This document shows, in pieces, positions 38,561 through 47,500 of a stretch of DNA of 64,000 nucleotides. The notes beneath the pieces are model-generated. The model had not been told where the DNA came from. It did not search any database and saw only the letters and a program-made list of their open reading frames with translations. A program made the translations under genes and the position numbers. The stretch is from Dehalococcoidia bacterium (GTDB lineage Bacteria; Chloroflexota; Dehalococcoidia; Bin125): assembly GCA_963555985.3 (NCBI GenBank), contig OY820591.1:2208001-2272000 (forward strand), in the 5' to 3' direction. The number at the start of each line of letters is the position of its first letter. Within the stretch, counting starts at the first letter, position 1.

Positions 38561-39016
38561 TCAGGCGGGCGCCTCATCGTCGAGGAGATCATTGAGGATG
38601 ACGGTTGGCAAGTCTGGGATGCGACGGAAGTCGGCGTCGTTGGTGACGAAGAGATCACACCCGACGTGCAGCGCGGTGGCCGCGTGGAGCGCGTCGGGAA
38701 CGCTCAGGTTTGAATCGGCGCGCAGTCGAGCGGCATCACTCCAGAGTTCGCGGGTCATGGGGATCAGACTCACCTCGCGAGCATCTAACAGCGACAATAG
38801 GAGCCGTTCGAGCATTGCGTCTCCTTCTCGCAGCGGCTTGACCAGCGTCTCCAAGATGACGATCTCGCTGCTCACGATCACGAAGTCGCCTGCGCGCGCC
38901 CGCTGCCACATCGGTTCGAGCAGCGTGCGGAACGGTTCGACGCGCTCAACGCTGTAGATGAATCCGTTGCTGTCGAGATAGACGGAGCCGCTGGCCGGTA
39001 AGGTCAGCGTTCCCAT
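38561..39016 (-). CDS. vapC: PIN-domain toxin (VapC)
   Basis: VYLDSNGFIY..E, SEIVILETLVKP, PDALHAATAL..GCDLFVTNDADF. Confidence 0.92.
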   Translation of the reverse strand: MGTLTLPASGSVYLDSNGFIYSVERVEPFRTLLEPMWQRARAGDFVIVSSEIVILETLVKPLREGDAMLERLLLSLLDAREVSLIPMTRELWSDAARLRADSNLSVPDALHAATALHVGCDLFVTNDADFRRIPDLPTVILNDLLDDEAPA

Positions 39017-39234
39017 GACATCCGCTCTTCCTGGATGTAGGCGTCGACTTCGGCTGCCGTCTGGAACAGCCGATTGCCGGGCGCTTCGGCCAGGATGTCG
39101 ACGACGGACCGACGCGCTTCGGCCGGGGATCGCAGCACCACGACCTCAACGGTCTCGCCGGGTTCGAGTTCGGGACAGTCGAACTCGACCTTGCCGCCAG
39201 CCTGCACCGTGACTCGCTGGTGAATGGTCGGCAT
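39004..39234 (-). CDS. Antitoxin (AbrB/swapped-hairpin-like)
   Basis: VTVQAGGKVE..CPEL.PGETVEVVV...EVDAYIQEER.SWE; overlaps the PIN start; GGAGGAGG RBS. Confidence 0.82.
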   Translation of the reverse strand: MPTIHQRVTVQAGGKVEFDCPELEPGETVEVVVLRSPAEARRSVVDILAEAPGNRLFQTAAEVDAYIQEERMSWER

Positions 39235-39240
39235 TGCGGG

Positions 39241-39345
39241 ACCTCCTCCGAGCTCAGCCTACCGCGTTCCGGAGGCCCTTGGCGGGGGTGATTTCGGCTT
39301 CGGGATGTTCGGGTTTGGACGGTTTTGTTCGGGTGCGTTCGGGTC
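39241..39345 (-). repeat. Cassette boundary repeat
   Basis: Minus strand: 10-mers, then GAAATCACCCCCGCCAAGGG..GGAACGCGGTAGGCTGA..CGGAGGAGG. Confidence 0.85.
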
Positions 39346-39766
39346 AGGCGGGGACTTGCTCGGTGGCGAGTTCGGGCAGGATGTTGCGCTCGCGGGCGTG
39401 CTCGATCGTGAGGGCGACCAGATTGCCCTCGCAGTCGAACTCGAGCGAGGTTTGGTAATCGAGGTCGACATGGTCAATGGGGCCGTCGACGAATGGGTCG
39501 CCGAACTCGAACAGCAGCGTGTCCGTGTCTTTGAAGTAGATGCGATTCACAGTCGGAGACTTCCTGTCCCAGACCGCCCCACGGCTGACTTGCTCAGAGA
39601 CCCGCTGCTTCGCGAACTCGATGGTCAGCCCGACGGGGTACCCGTCGCAGTCCAGTTCCAACGACGCATTCTCGTCCAGGTCGACATGATCCAGCTCTTC
39701 CCCGACTGGTACGTCGCGAAAGACGAACATGAGAGTGTCCGTGTCCTCGGAGTAGATACGCTTCAC
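39344..39766 (-). CDS. Tandem double-DUF2283 protein
   Basis: Two repeats of RIY..DTDTL.F.F.D..V....DHVDLD...SLE.DC.G..V.LTIE.A. Confidence 0.82.
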   Translation of the reverse strand: MKRIYSEDTDTLMFVFRDVPVGEELDHVDLDENASLELDCDGYPVGLTIEFAKQRVSEQVSRGAVWDRKSPTVNRIYFKDTDTLLFEFGDPFVDGPIDHVDLDYQTSLEFDCEGNLVALTIEHARERNILPELATEQVPA

Positions 39767-39838
39767 GGCCTGAATCTCCCGTCGTCTTCATTGGCGGGAT
39801 TCACCCTATCAGATCAGAACTGGTGGTCGATAGCCGGT

Positions 39839-40004
39839 CCTCGGCGGCGATTTTGGGGTTGGGGTGTCCAGATTTGTCTGGATCTGTCTGGATTCGTCTG
39901 GATCTGGCTAGATTTTGGGGGTGTTTGTCGCGGAAATTCTTGCTGGGGTTGGGAACGTCCGGTGTTCGGGTTTGGACGGTTTTGTTCGGGTGCGTTCGGG
40001 GTGG
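39839..40004 (-). repeat. Cassette boundary repeat with two blocks of 10-mers
   Basis: CCTCGGCGGCGATTT; GTCCAGATTT GTCTGGATCT GTCTGGATTC GTCTGGATCT; GTTCGGGTTTGGACGGTTTTGTTCGGGTGCGTTCGGG identical to 39307-39343. Confidence 0.8.
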
Positions 40005-40490
40005 TCATGCCTCGCGGATGGCTCGGTTGAATGCTTCCCATTGCTCATCGGTCAGGTCGATTCGCACGAGTTGGCCGGGATTGAAGCGCTTCTGTTCGGG
40101 CTTGTTCAGGAACGTGTCGAGGTCGAACGGTTTCGACCACGCCTGGGTTTCACGGAGCTGCTCTACGCGGACGGTGATCCATTCGTCCTGGTCGTCGAAG
40201 CGTCCACTGCCCCGGAGCTCGACGTGACGGCCGGTCAGCCGCCGCATCTGCTCGGCCTGCGAGGGATCGAAGCGCAGGCTGACCTGACCGCCGCCGGCGT
40301 CGTGAAGTTGCGCGGTTCCGCTTTGCCAATCGACGTCCTTCAGCCACCCCGTCAGCAGGGCTTCCTCAATGTCGCCCGCCGGCTCCTCCTCCGAGACGGA
40401 GACGGTGACGACGCAGCCCTCTGTGAGGTCTAGGGATTCGAGCGGCGTCAGCACGCCGTTGGCGTATTGGGCGCGGAATTGGGTGGTCAC
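40005..40490 (-). CDS. AF2212/DUF104-like antitoxin domain fused to an uncharacterised beta-rich domain
   Basis: FRAQYANGVLTPLESLDLTEG.VVTVSV N-terminus; GGAGGAGG RBS before GTG. Confidence 0.75.
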   Translation of the reverse strand: MTTQFRAQYANGVLTPLESLDLTEGCVVTVSVSEEEPAGDIEEALLTGWLKDVDWQSGTAQLHDAGGGQVSLRFDPSQAEQMRRLTGRHVELRGSGRFDDQDEWITVRVEQLRETQAWSKPFDLDTFLNKPEQKRFNPGQLVRIDLTDEQWEAFNRAIREA

Positions 40491-40494
40491 TGGG

Positions 40495-40581
40495 GGCCTC
40501 CTCCGACGGTCAGCCTAGCGCGTTCCGGCGGCCCTTGGCGGGGGTGATTTTGGGTTTGGGGTGTTCGGATTTGGTCGGGTC
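40495..40581 (-). repeat. Cassette boundary repeat
   Basis: Minus strand CCCGACCAAATCCGAACACCCC..AAATCACCCCCGCCAAGGGCCGCCGGAACGCGCTAGGCTGACCGTCGGAGGAGG. Confidence 0.85.
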
Positions 40582-40777
40582 AGGCGGGGACTTTTTCGAG
40601 GGAGAGTTCGGGCAACACGCCACGCTCGCGGGCGAACTCGATCGTCAGGGCGACCAGATTGCCGTCCGCGTCGAGCTCCAGGAGTGTGTTCTCATCCAAG
40701 TCGCGCGTTTCGACGATCAGCGCGTCCGAGAGCGCGAGAAAGAGCGTATCCGTATCCTCGAAGTAGGTGGCTTTCAT
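40580..40777 (-). CDS. DUF2283 family antitoxin-like protein
   Basis: MKATYFEDTDTL.L.LSD..IVETRDLDENTLLELDADGNLVALTIE. Confidence 0.85.
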   Translation of the reverse strand: MKATYFEDTDTLFLALSDALIVETRDLDENTLLELDADGNLVALTIEFARERGVLPELSLEKVPA

Positions 40778-40917
40778 GGACGTGCGACTCCCCACCGCAA
40801 CGCTTTGATCTGCGTTGATGTAAGTATAGCAATGTGGAGGACCAAATTGATCGGCTTGCCGGGCGCCGAAATCGCCCGCCAAGCCTGATGCAGCCGCCGG
40901 CCCGTTGGCAGCGGCGT

Positions 40918-41154
40918 TTACGGCCTGAAATTGCGGTCGAAAAAGGCGTTGAGCACCGTCTCCCGGTCGGGCAGGAGCACCACGCGCAGATACCGCCCGC
41001 CGAATTCCGGCACCGCCCCCCAGCGGCTGATGCGGCCGTTGGACTGAACGAGCTCTCGCTCAGGATTGGAGAGCACCCGCTCGATCCACTCGTCCGTGAT
41101 CTGCCGCCTATCTGGAAACTGCCGCCGCCAGTCGAAGTACGGAGTGGTTTTCAT
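40918..41154 (-). CDS. Small RelE/BrnT-like (DUF4258-like) toxin, the usual partner of DUF2283
   Basis: EWIERVL.NP....Q.NGRI.RWG..PE.GGRYLRVVLL.D.ETV.NAFFDRNF. Confidence 0.75.
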   Translation of the reverse strand: MKTTPYFDWRRQFPDRRQITDEWIERVLSNPERELVQSNGRISRWGAVPEFGGRYLRVVLLPDRETVLNAFFDRNFRP

Positions 41155-41259
41155 AGAGTCTTTCTCAGAACCGCTCCAGCGCCATGCCTGAGGTTGTTAG
41201 GCCGAGCACCTGCTTTCAAGCAGAACTCCGGGTTTGCGCGGGGCAGGCGTAAGGCCGGG

Positions 41260-41291
41260 CGAGATACCCGCGGCAAGCGCGGGTATGACGG
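41260..41291. repeat. REP-like palindrome, family B
   Basis: GAGATACCCGCGGCAAGCGCGGGTATGACGG, near reverse complement of 11295-11324. Confidence 0.8.
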
Positions 41292-41309
41292 AGTTGGGGG
41301 CGGGCGCCA

Positions 41310-44300
41310 TCATCGGGATACCCGCCCCTCGACGGCGGCGATTTCGTCGTCGGTGAGGCCGTAGAGGTTGTAGACGAGCTGGTCGATCTCTTGCTCGGCG
41401 TCGGTGTCGGGAGTGGCGGCATTGAGGATGCGGTCGACCAACTGGACGAAGGGCTGTTGCTCCTCTTTGCTGGGCTTCGGAAGAGGCAACCTCTCGACGT
41501 AGACTCTCTTCCAGCGAAGCGTGCCCATGCCTGAGGTGGGCGCAATTTGCCTGAGATGCCAGTGCATCAGGCGAGAGTTCAGTAGCGCACACAGATACTT
41601 GAGGTTCTCGCCTGTCATCAGAAAGGTCGTTGCTTCGGGATACGTCTTGCTGTCGTCGTAAGCGAAGCGTCCGCGATCCACCAGCTCGATCCACAGCAAC
41701 TTGGGCTTGGCAAAGTCCTCGTAATAAGCGCAGCTTCGCAAGTTGTAGTAGGTGAGGCCCTGATCTTGCCGTCTCTCGACTTGCGGCAGGAAGCCGTCGA
41801 GGTGATCTTTGACCGCTGGGTAATCGTCGATGTTAATCGGCGGCACGTCGTCATAGCCGTTATGGGTGTCGATCAACCACTTGCCCGCCCACTCAGCTCG
41901 ATATCGCTGAATATCCCGGCCACGTAGCACCGGCTTGATGATCTCGTCCGAGTTTGGGTCTTCCGCAATCAGCGCGTCCCGCGTGGGAGTGTCGATGATG
42001 AACGCTTTGTTGTAGCCCGTGAGCACTCCGCGGTTGATCTTTACATCCCACTCGCTGAGCGGCGTACCGCGATCGAGCATCTTGTCCATCACGCTCCACT
42101 CGGTGTGGGAGAGGACGCTCCAGGGGGCGTCGCCGTTGGGCCGGGTTTGGCCCCAGTGTTGGTCGGCGGGCGGGATTTGCTTGTCTGGCAGGGCGTCCAG
42201 GTCGACCGAGGGGAACGGGTCCCCGCTCGGGGGCGGGGAACCGGCGGAGTGTGAGCGGCCGGTGCGGAGCAGCAGGACGCCGCTGTCGACGATGGCGCTG
42301 TCGAAGACGTCTTTGCCCAAGTCGAGCCAGCGCAGCGGGGTGTGGCGCTGGGCGAAGTGGCGGCGCGTCTTCTTGCCGTACTCGGCGCGGAGCCAACTGT
42401 TGGAGCTGATGTAGGCCATCAGGCCGCCGTCGCGCCGCAGCAGTTGGCAGCCGCGCTCGAAGAAGAGTTGGTAGATGTCGCCGCTGCGGACAAAGGTCTC
42501 GAAGCCGCAGTCGGCGTAGCGTTTGCCCAGCTTGCCGCTGTCTTTCTGGAGTTGGATGTAGGGCGGGTTGGCGATCACGATGTCGAAGCCGCCGTCGGCG
42601 AAGACTTCGGCGAATTCGACGCGCCAGTCGAGGGCGTTGCCGCTCTGCGCGAAGTGGCTGAGCCGCTCGCGAATGTCTGCTTCGACCGCTTCGATTGACT
42701 GACGTAGCGCTTGCTTGCGGTCGCCGATGTACTCGGTCATGAACTGGCGCTTGAGCTCGCGCAGTCGGTCGATTCGAGTCCCCTCATATCCGAGCACGCC
42801 CTGCTGTCCGGTCTCGCTCGGGTCGGGACCGAGCAGGCTGTCGCCCTGGACGATCTTGAAGTCGAGGTTGGGCAGCGGCTCGGGTTGGTCGCCCTCGTAG
42901 TCGATGGCGAGCGAGAGCCAGAGCCGGAGCATGGCGATGTTGGTGGCGAAGCCGTCGATGTCGACGCCGTAGAGGTTGCGGCGGATGATTTCGAGTTTGA
43001 GTTCGTAGAGCGACTTGGGGTCGTGGGTGACGTTGAAGAGGGTCTGCTGGAGTTCGACCAGTTCGTGCATCATGCCGAGCAGGTAGGCGCCGGAGCCGCA
43101 GGCGGGGTCGACGACGGTGACATCGGCGAGGGCGTTGGAGATCGCGCGGGCGTCGGGGATGCGGATGCGGGCGGTGTCGCGGCGGTCGACGAAGGCGGCG
43201 ACGGCGTCGGCGTCGAGCGGGTCCCCGCGTGAAGCGGGGACTGGGAGGCGGGCTTCGAGGTAGCCCTTGAGCGCCTCGCGGCACATGAAGGAGACGACTG
43301 GGCGGGGGGTGTAGTAGGCGCCGGAGTCGTGGCGTCCGGTGACGAGTTCTTCGAAGACCATGCCGAGCATTTCGGGGTCGACGGCGACCTCGATCTCCAG
43401 CGGGGTCGATTCGGAGACGGTGAAGTAGAAGCGGTCGAAGAGTTCGCTGAGGACGGGCAGGATCGCGTCGTCGGGGACGAACAGGTTGTCGCGCTGGTCC
43501 AGCTCGGTCGGCTGGAAGAGGCCGCCGTTGAGGAAGGGCACGTCGCCGATCAGGATGTCGAGGCCGTGTCTGAGGTCGCGCGAGTCGGGATTGTTCAGTC
43601 CTTCGAAGAAGAGGAAGCTGAGGCGGTCGCGGTAGAAGTTGTCGTGCTGCTCGTGAGCGAGGTAGTCGTTCTTGAGGGCGTTGAGATAGTCGCGGTCGCC
43701 TCTGTAGGCGAGCCAGCCCTTGCGCGAGAGGAACTGGACGAACATCAGCCGGTTCAGCAGGGTCAGCACGAAGCGGCGGCGCTGCTCGCGTTCGCGCTCG
43801 GAGAAGCCGGAGACCAGTTCGACCGCCTGATCGAAGAGGCGCTTGTACTCGCGGTAGAAGCGGCGGTTGAGCTCTTCGGTGTCGAGCGCGTCGAGCCAGG
43901 CGTCGAGCAGGCCGTCGAAGTTCTGCGGCTTGCCGTTGGATTGCATCCAGTCGAGGCGATTGGCGAGCGAGAGTTGTTCGAGGATGTCGATATGGGCGCG
44001 GTGCGGCTTGGCGGGATCGAGCTCGCGGATCAGGGAGACGCTGCCGAGCACGTCGCGGTCGGGGTCGCGTTTGTGTTCGCGGCGATGGACGAAGGCGAGC
44101 GTGAGCAGTCCGTCGCCGCTGTGGAAGAGGACGACGGTGGGGATTCCGAAGCGTTTGTTGAGCTCGCGGGTGAACTGCGCGTACTTGCCGCGCGGGTAGC
44201 GGGCGCCGTCCAGTTCGACGGCGGCGAAGAGGAAGCTCCTGGCGAGGCCGCTGTCGAACTCGTCAGCCGGGAACATGGATCGTTCCAGTCCGGCCTCGAT

Positions 44301-44558
44301 TTCCTGATCGGTGAGCTGGAAGATCAGGCGGACGGAGCGAGCGGCGTCGCGGAATTCCCGCTCGGCCTTGGTGTCCGGGTTGTCGGCGGGAAATTGGTCC
44401 AGGAAGTCCGAGACGTCGCCACTCTGGCCTTCGAGTGTGCGTTCGCTGCGATAGCCGAGGGCGCCGAGCAATCCTTCGGCGTCGCGGGCGAACTGGCCGC
44501 CGCAGTCGCGGAGGGTCTGCTTGATGCGTTCGCGGGTCGCTACCTGATGATCAGCCAT
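41310..44558 (-). CDS. Eco57I/Type IIG-like N6-adenine restriction-modification methyltransferase with a TaqI-C-like TRD
   Basis: PFLNGGLF, GAYYTPR, VVDPACGSGAYL, IANPPY, YLCALLNS, EIDQLVYNLYGLTDDEI. Confidence 0.92.
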   Translation of the reverse strand: MADHQVATRERIKQTLRDCGGQFARDAEGLLGALGYRSERTLEGQSGDVSDFLDQFPADNPDTKAEREFRDAARSVRLIFQLTDQEIEAGLERSMFPADEFDSGLARSFLFAAVELDGARYPRGKYAQFTRELNKRFGIPTVVLFHSGDGLLTLAFVHRREHKRDPDRDVLGSVSLIRELDPAKPHRAHIDILEQLSLANRLDWMQSNGKPQNFDGLLDAWLDALDTEELNRRFYREYKRLFDQAVELVSGFSEREREQRRRFVLTLLNRLMFVQFLSRKGWLAYRGDRDYLNALKNDYLAHEQHDNFYRDRLSFLFFEGLNNPDSRDLRHGLDILIGDVPFLNGGLFQPTELDQRDNLFVPDDAILPVLSELFDRFYFTVSESTPLEIEVAVDPEMLGMVFEELVTGRHDSGAYYTPRPVVSFMCREALKGYLEARLPVPASRGDPLDADAVAAFVDRRDTARIRIPDARAISNALADVTVVDPACGSGAYLLGMMHELVELQQTLFNVTHDPKSLYELKLEIIRRNLYGVDIDGFATNIAMLRLWLSLAIDYEGDQPEPLPNLDFKIVQGDSLLGPDPSETGQQGVLGYEGTRIDRLRELKRQFMTEYIGDRKQALRQSIEAVEADIRERLSHFAQSGNALDWRVEFAEVFADGGFDIVIANPPYIQLQKDSGKLGKRYADCGFETFVRSGDIYQLFFERGCQLLRRDGGLMAYISSNSWLRAEYGKKTRRHFAQRHTPLRWLDLGKDVFDSAIVDSGVLLLRTGRSHSAGSPPPSGDPFPSVDLDALPDKQIPPADQHWGQTRPNGDAPWSVLSHTEWSVMDKMLDRGTPLSEWDVKINRGVLTGYNKAFIIDTPTRDALIAEDPNSDEIIKPVLRGRDIQRYRAEWAGKWLIDTHNGYDDVPPINIDDYPAVKDHLDGFLPQVERRQDQGLTYYNLRSCAYYEDFAKPKLLWIELVDRGRFAYDDSKTYPEATTFLMTGENLKYLCALLNSRLMHWHLRQIAPTSGMGTLRWKRVYVERLPLPKPSKEEQQPFVQLVDRILNAATPDTDAEQEIDQLVYNLYGLTDDEIAAVEGRVSR

Positions 44559-47500
44559 GTCACGAGCTCGAAGTCTGTTGGGGCGCCCGGGTGCTCCGAG
44601 GCTTTGGGCAGGACGGCGTCGCGGGAGCCGCCGCGGGCTACGCTACTCGCTGCGGCGGAGGCTTCGGCCTGGCGGATGTGGGCGAGCACGTTGGCTATCA
44701 GCTGGTCATAGCGGCCCAGCTCCTGGCCGTGCTTGGTTTCGAGGTTGAAGGCGTCGCAGAGGTCTTGCACGGGTTTGTCAACGCCGAGCGCGGCGCGCTC
44801 GAAGGTCTCCAGCACTTGGCGCGCGTTGGCGGCGCCGAAGCGGATCGTTCCGTCGTCCTGGATCAGGACGAGGAAGAAGGGATGCAGCGGGCTGACGCTT
44901 CGCTGCCGCGCGTTCGTTTCGGCCGCGCGCTGCTTCAAGAGGAAGAGCACGCTCGCGCCGGGGCCGTGCTCGGGGTTGCGGGCGAGGGCGTAGACGCCGT
45001 TGGGGGTCGCTTCCAGTTCTGCGCGCTTCTGCTCGAGGAACTGCTTGAGTTGGGCGAAGAAGTAGTCCATCGAGAAGTCGCTCATCACGACGGTGTCGGA
45101 GAGTTCGTCCAAGTCGGGCACTTCTTCGCGCAGTCGTTGCAGTTGCCGGTCGCGGAAGTTGAGTTCGAGTTGCGCGCCCGCTTCCAGTTCGCGCTCGTTG
45201 AGGAGGTCGTCGCTGCCGCTGGCGGCGGTGTCGGCCAGCGCCATGCGCGCGAAGACGCGGTTCTCCAGCTTGAGGTAGGCGTCCATGTCCTTGGTCGGCC
45301 AGTAGTTGATCATGCGGACTTCGGCGTTACGGCTGCCGATCCGGTCGATCCGCCCGAAACGCTGGATCAGCCGTACCGGATTCCAGTGAATGTCGTAGTT
45401 GAGGACGGTGTCGCAATCCTGGAGGTTCTGACCCTCGGAGATGCAGTCGGTCGCGATCAGGAGGTCGATATCCGGTTCGGAACTGTCGCCGGTTCGATTG
45501 CGGGCGTTGGGCGCGAAGTCGGTCAGGATGGCGTTGAAGTCCCCTGTTCCACGGCTATCGCGCGCGCTGTCGCCGGAGACCATCGCCATCCGCAGACCCA
45601 GTTGCTTGGCGTCGGCTGCGAGCTGTTCGTAGAGGTACTCGGCGGTGTCTTTGAAGGTGGTGAAGATCAGCAGTTTGCGGTTCGGGTTGCCGTCCAGGTC
45701 GGCGCTGGGCTTCGCCGCCCGCTGATGGAGCGCCTCTCGCAGTTCGCGCAGCTTGCCGTCGCGCGCGGGGCTGATGTCCCGTACGAGCTCGAGGGCGGCG
45801 GCGAGCGTGTCCCGGTCTTTGCGGATGTCCTTGCTCCAGCGGGGGAGGTCGAGCTCTCTCAGGTGGTAGGGGTTGCGCGCGCGGTTGATCAGGAAATCGT
45901 CGTCCTCCTCGTCCTCATCGGGCAGATAGTCGCTCTGGATGTCCTCGTCGCGCGCTTGTCGTTCGTAGCGCTCGATCTTGTCCAGCAGCGCTTCCATCTT
46001 GTCGATCGTGCGCTTCAGGGTGAGTTGCAGTGAACGCGGAGAGCTTTCGAGCCGCTTCAGGAAGTTGGTCAGGATCATCTGAACGAGGAAGCGCTCGCGG
46101 TCCTTCTGATTGAAGTTGCGCCGCTTGCGCTCCGCCTCGAGTTCCCGCTGCCGCTCCGGGTCGTCCAGATAGTCGGAAGGGCGGTAGATCGAGAGCTCGA
46201 ACGCGCCGATCCGCGTTGCCAGCTGTTCATAAGAGAGCGCGCCGTCCAAATCGGTCGCGGGGTAGCGGTTGAGCGGCTTCGCGTGTCGAGGGAACTGGCC
46301 GATCCGATCCATTTCGGCCGCGTAGAACCGCGTGATCTGTCGCCGCGAGCGGGCAATCGAAACAGCGTCAAGCAGCCGCAGAAAATCGGCGCCGAGCCGC
46401 TCCAGCAGTTGCGCCTTGTCGGATTTGCCGCCGCGCTGTTCTTCCTCCCACTGCTTGAACGCGCGCTGAGCCGCGCCCAGGACGCGCCCCATACTGCCGA
46501 TTCCGAGCTCGCTCTGAAAGTAGGCCTCGTTCTTCTCGGTCATCAGGTAGATCTGGTTGCGGAGATCGAGCAGAGACGTGTTGACCGGGGTCGCCGAGAG
46601 CATCAGGACCTTGGTCCTGGAGCCGTCCTTGATGACGTTCTCGAGCAGGCGTTTGTAGCGCGCGCCTCCGTCATTGCGGAAGTTGTGCGACTCGTCAATG
46701 ACGATGAGGTCGTAGGCGCCCCAGTTGAAATTGGCGAGGTCGATGCCGCCCACCTCGCCCGTGTCTCTTGAGAGATCGGTGTGGGAGAGCAGCGTGTAAC
46801 CGAAGCGATCTTCGGCAAAGGGATTGTCCCGGCGCCGAAAGTGCAAGGGGTACAGCGCCCAGTTCTCCCGCAGCTTACGCGGGCAGAGCACGAGCACATT
46901 CTTGTTTTGGAGTTCGTAGTACTTGATCACCGCCAGCGCGGTGTAGGTCTTGCCCAAGCCCACGCTGTCGGCCAGGATGCAGCCGTGGTGCTGTTGCAGG
47001 CGGTTGATCACGCTCCTCACGCCATCCTGCTGGAACTCGTAGAGCGCGTTCCAGATCACTTTCTCGACTAGATGCGTGTCCTTCAATGGCTGATCGTCGA
47101 GCTCGGAGTTCACTCTGCTCTCGAGCAGCTCGAAGAGCGACTTGAAGTAGACAAATTCGGGGGAGTAGTCCCTGCCAAGTCGATCGAGCGCATTGAGCAC
47201 ATCCGGCTTGACGTCTTCGGTGAGGCGTTCGTCGCCCCACAGCTGGTCGAACCACTCGCGAAGAGCGGACAGCGTGTGCTCATCGGTGACTGCCAGATTG
47301 ATCTCGAGATTCGGCCTCTGGCTGCCGCCAAGCCCTCGCCTGGTGAAGTTCGAACTGCCGACGACGCCGGCGCCGTCGGTGAGGTACATCTTGCCGTGCA
47401 GAAAGTTCGAGCGCCTGATAGATCGCACCGCGACGGCGCCGCTCTTGAACCATTCGGCGCAGGCGCGGGCCAGACCCTTCTGATGCAGCGTCTGCATGGG

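Noticed and set aside
36781-40581. CRISPR array or classical integron attC sites as the explanation for the repeats
   Set aside because: Units are degenerate decamers or 60-130-nt direct repeats separated by whole genes; there is no constant repeat/spacer length, no cas or intI gene, and no RYYYAAC...GTTRRRY ends that I could see.
43329-46033. Long plus-strand ORFs 43329..44711 and 44591..46033 (similarly 35085..36629, 9271..10539, 21474..22805)
   Set aside because: Antisense shadows of well-supported genes, expected with high GC3.
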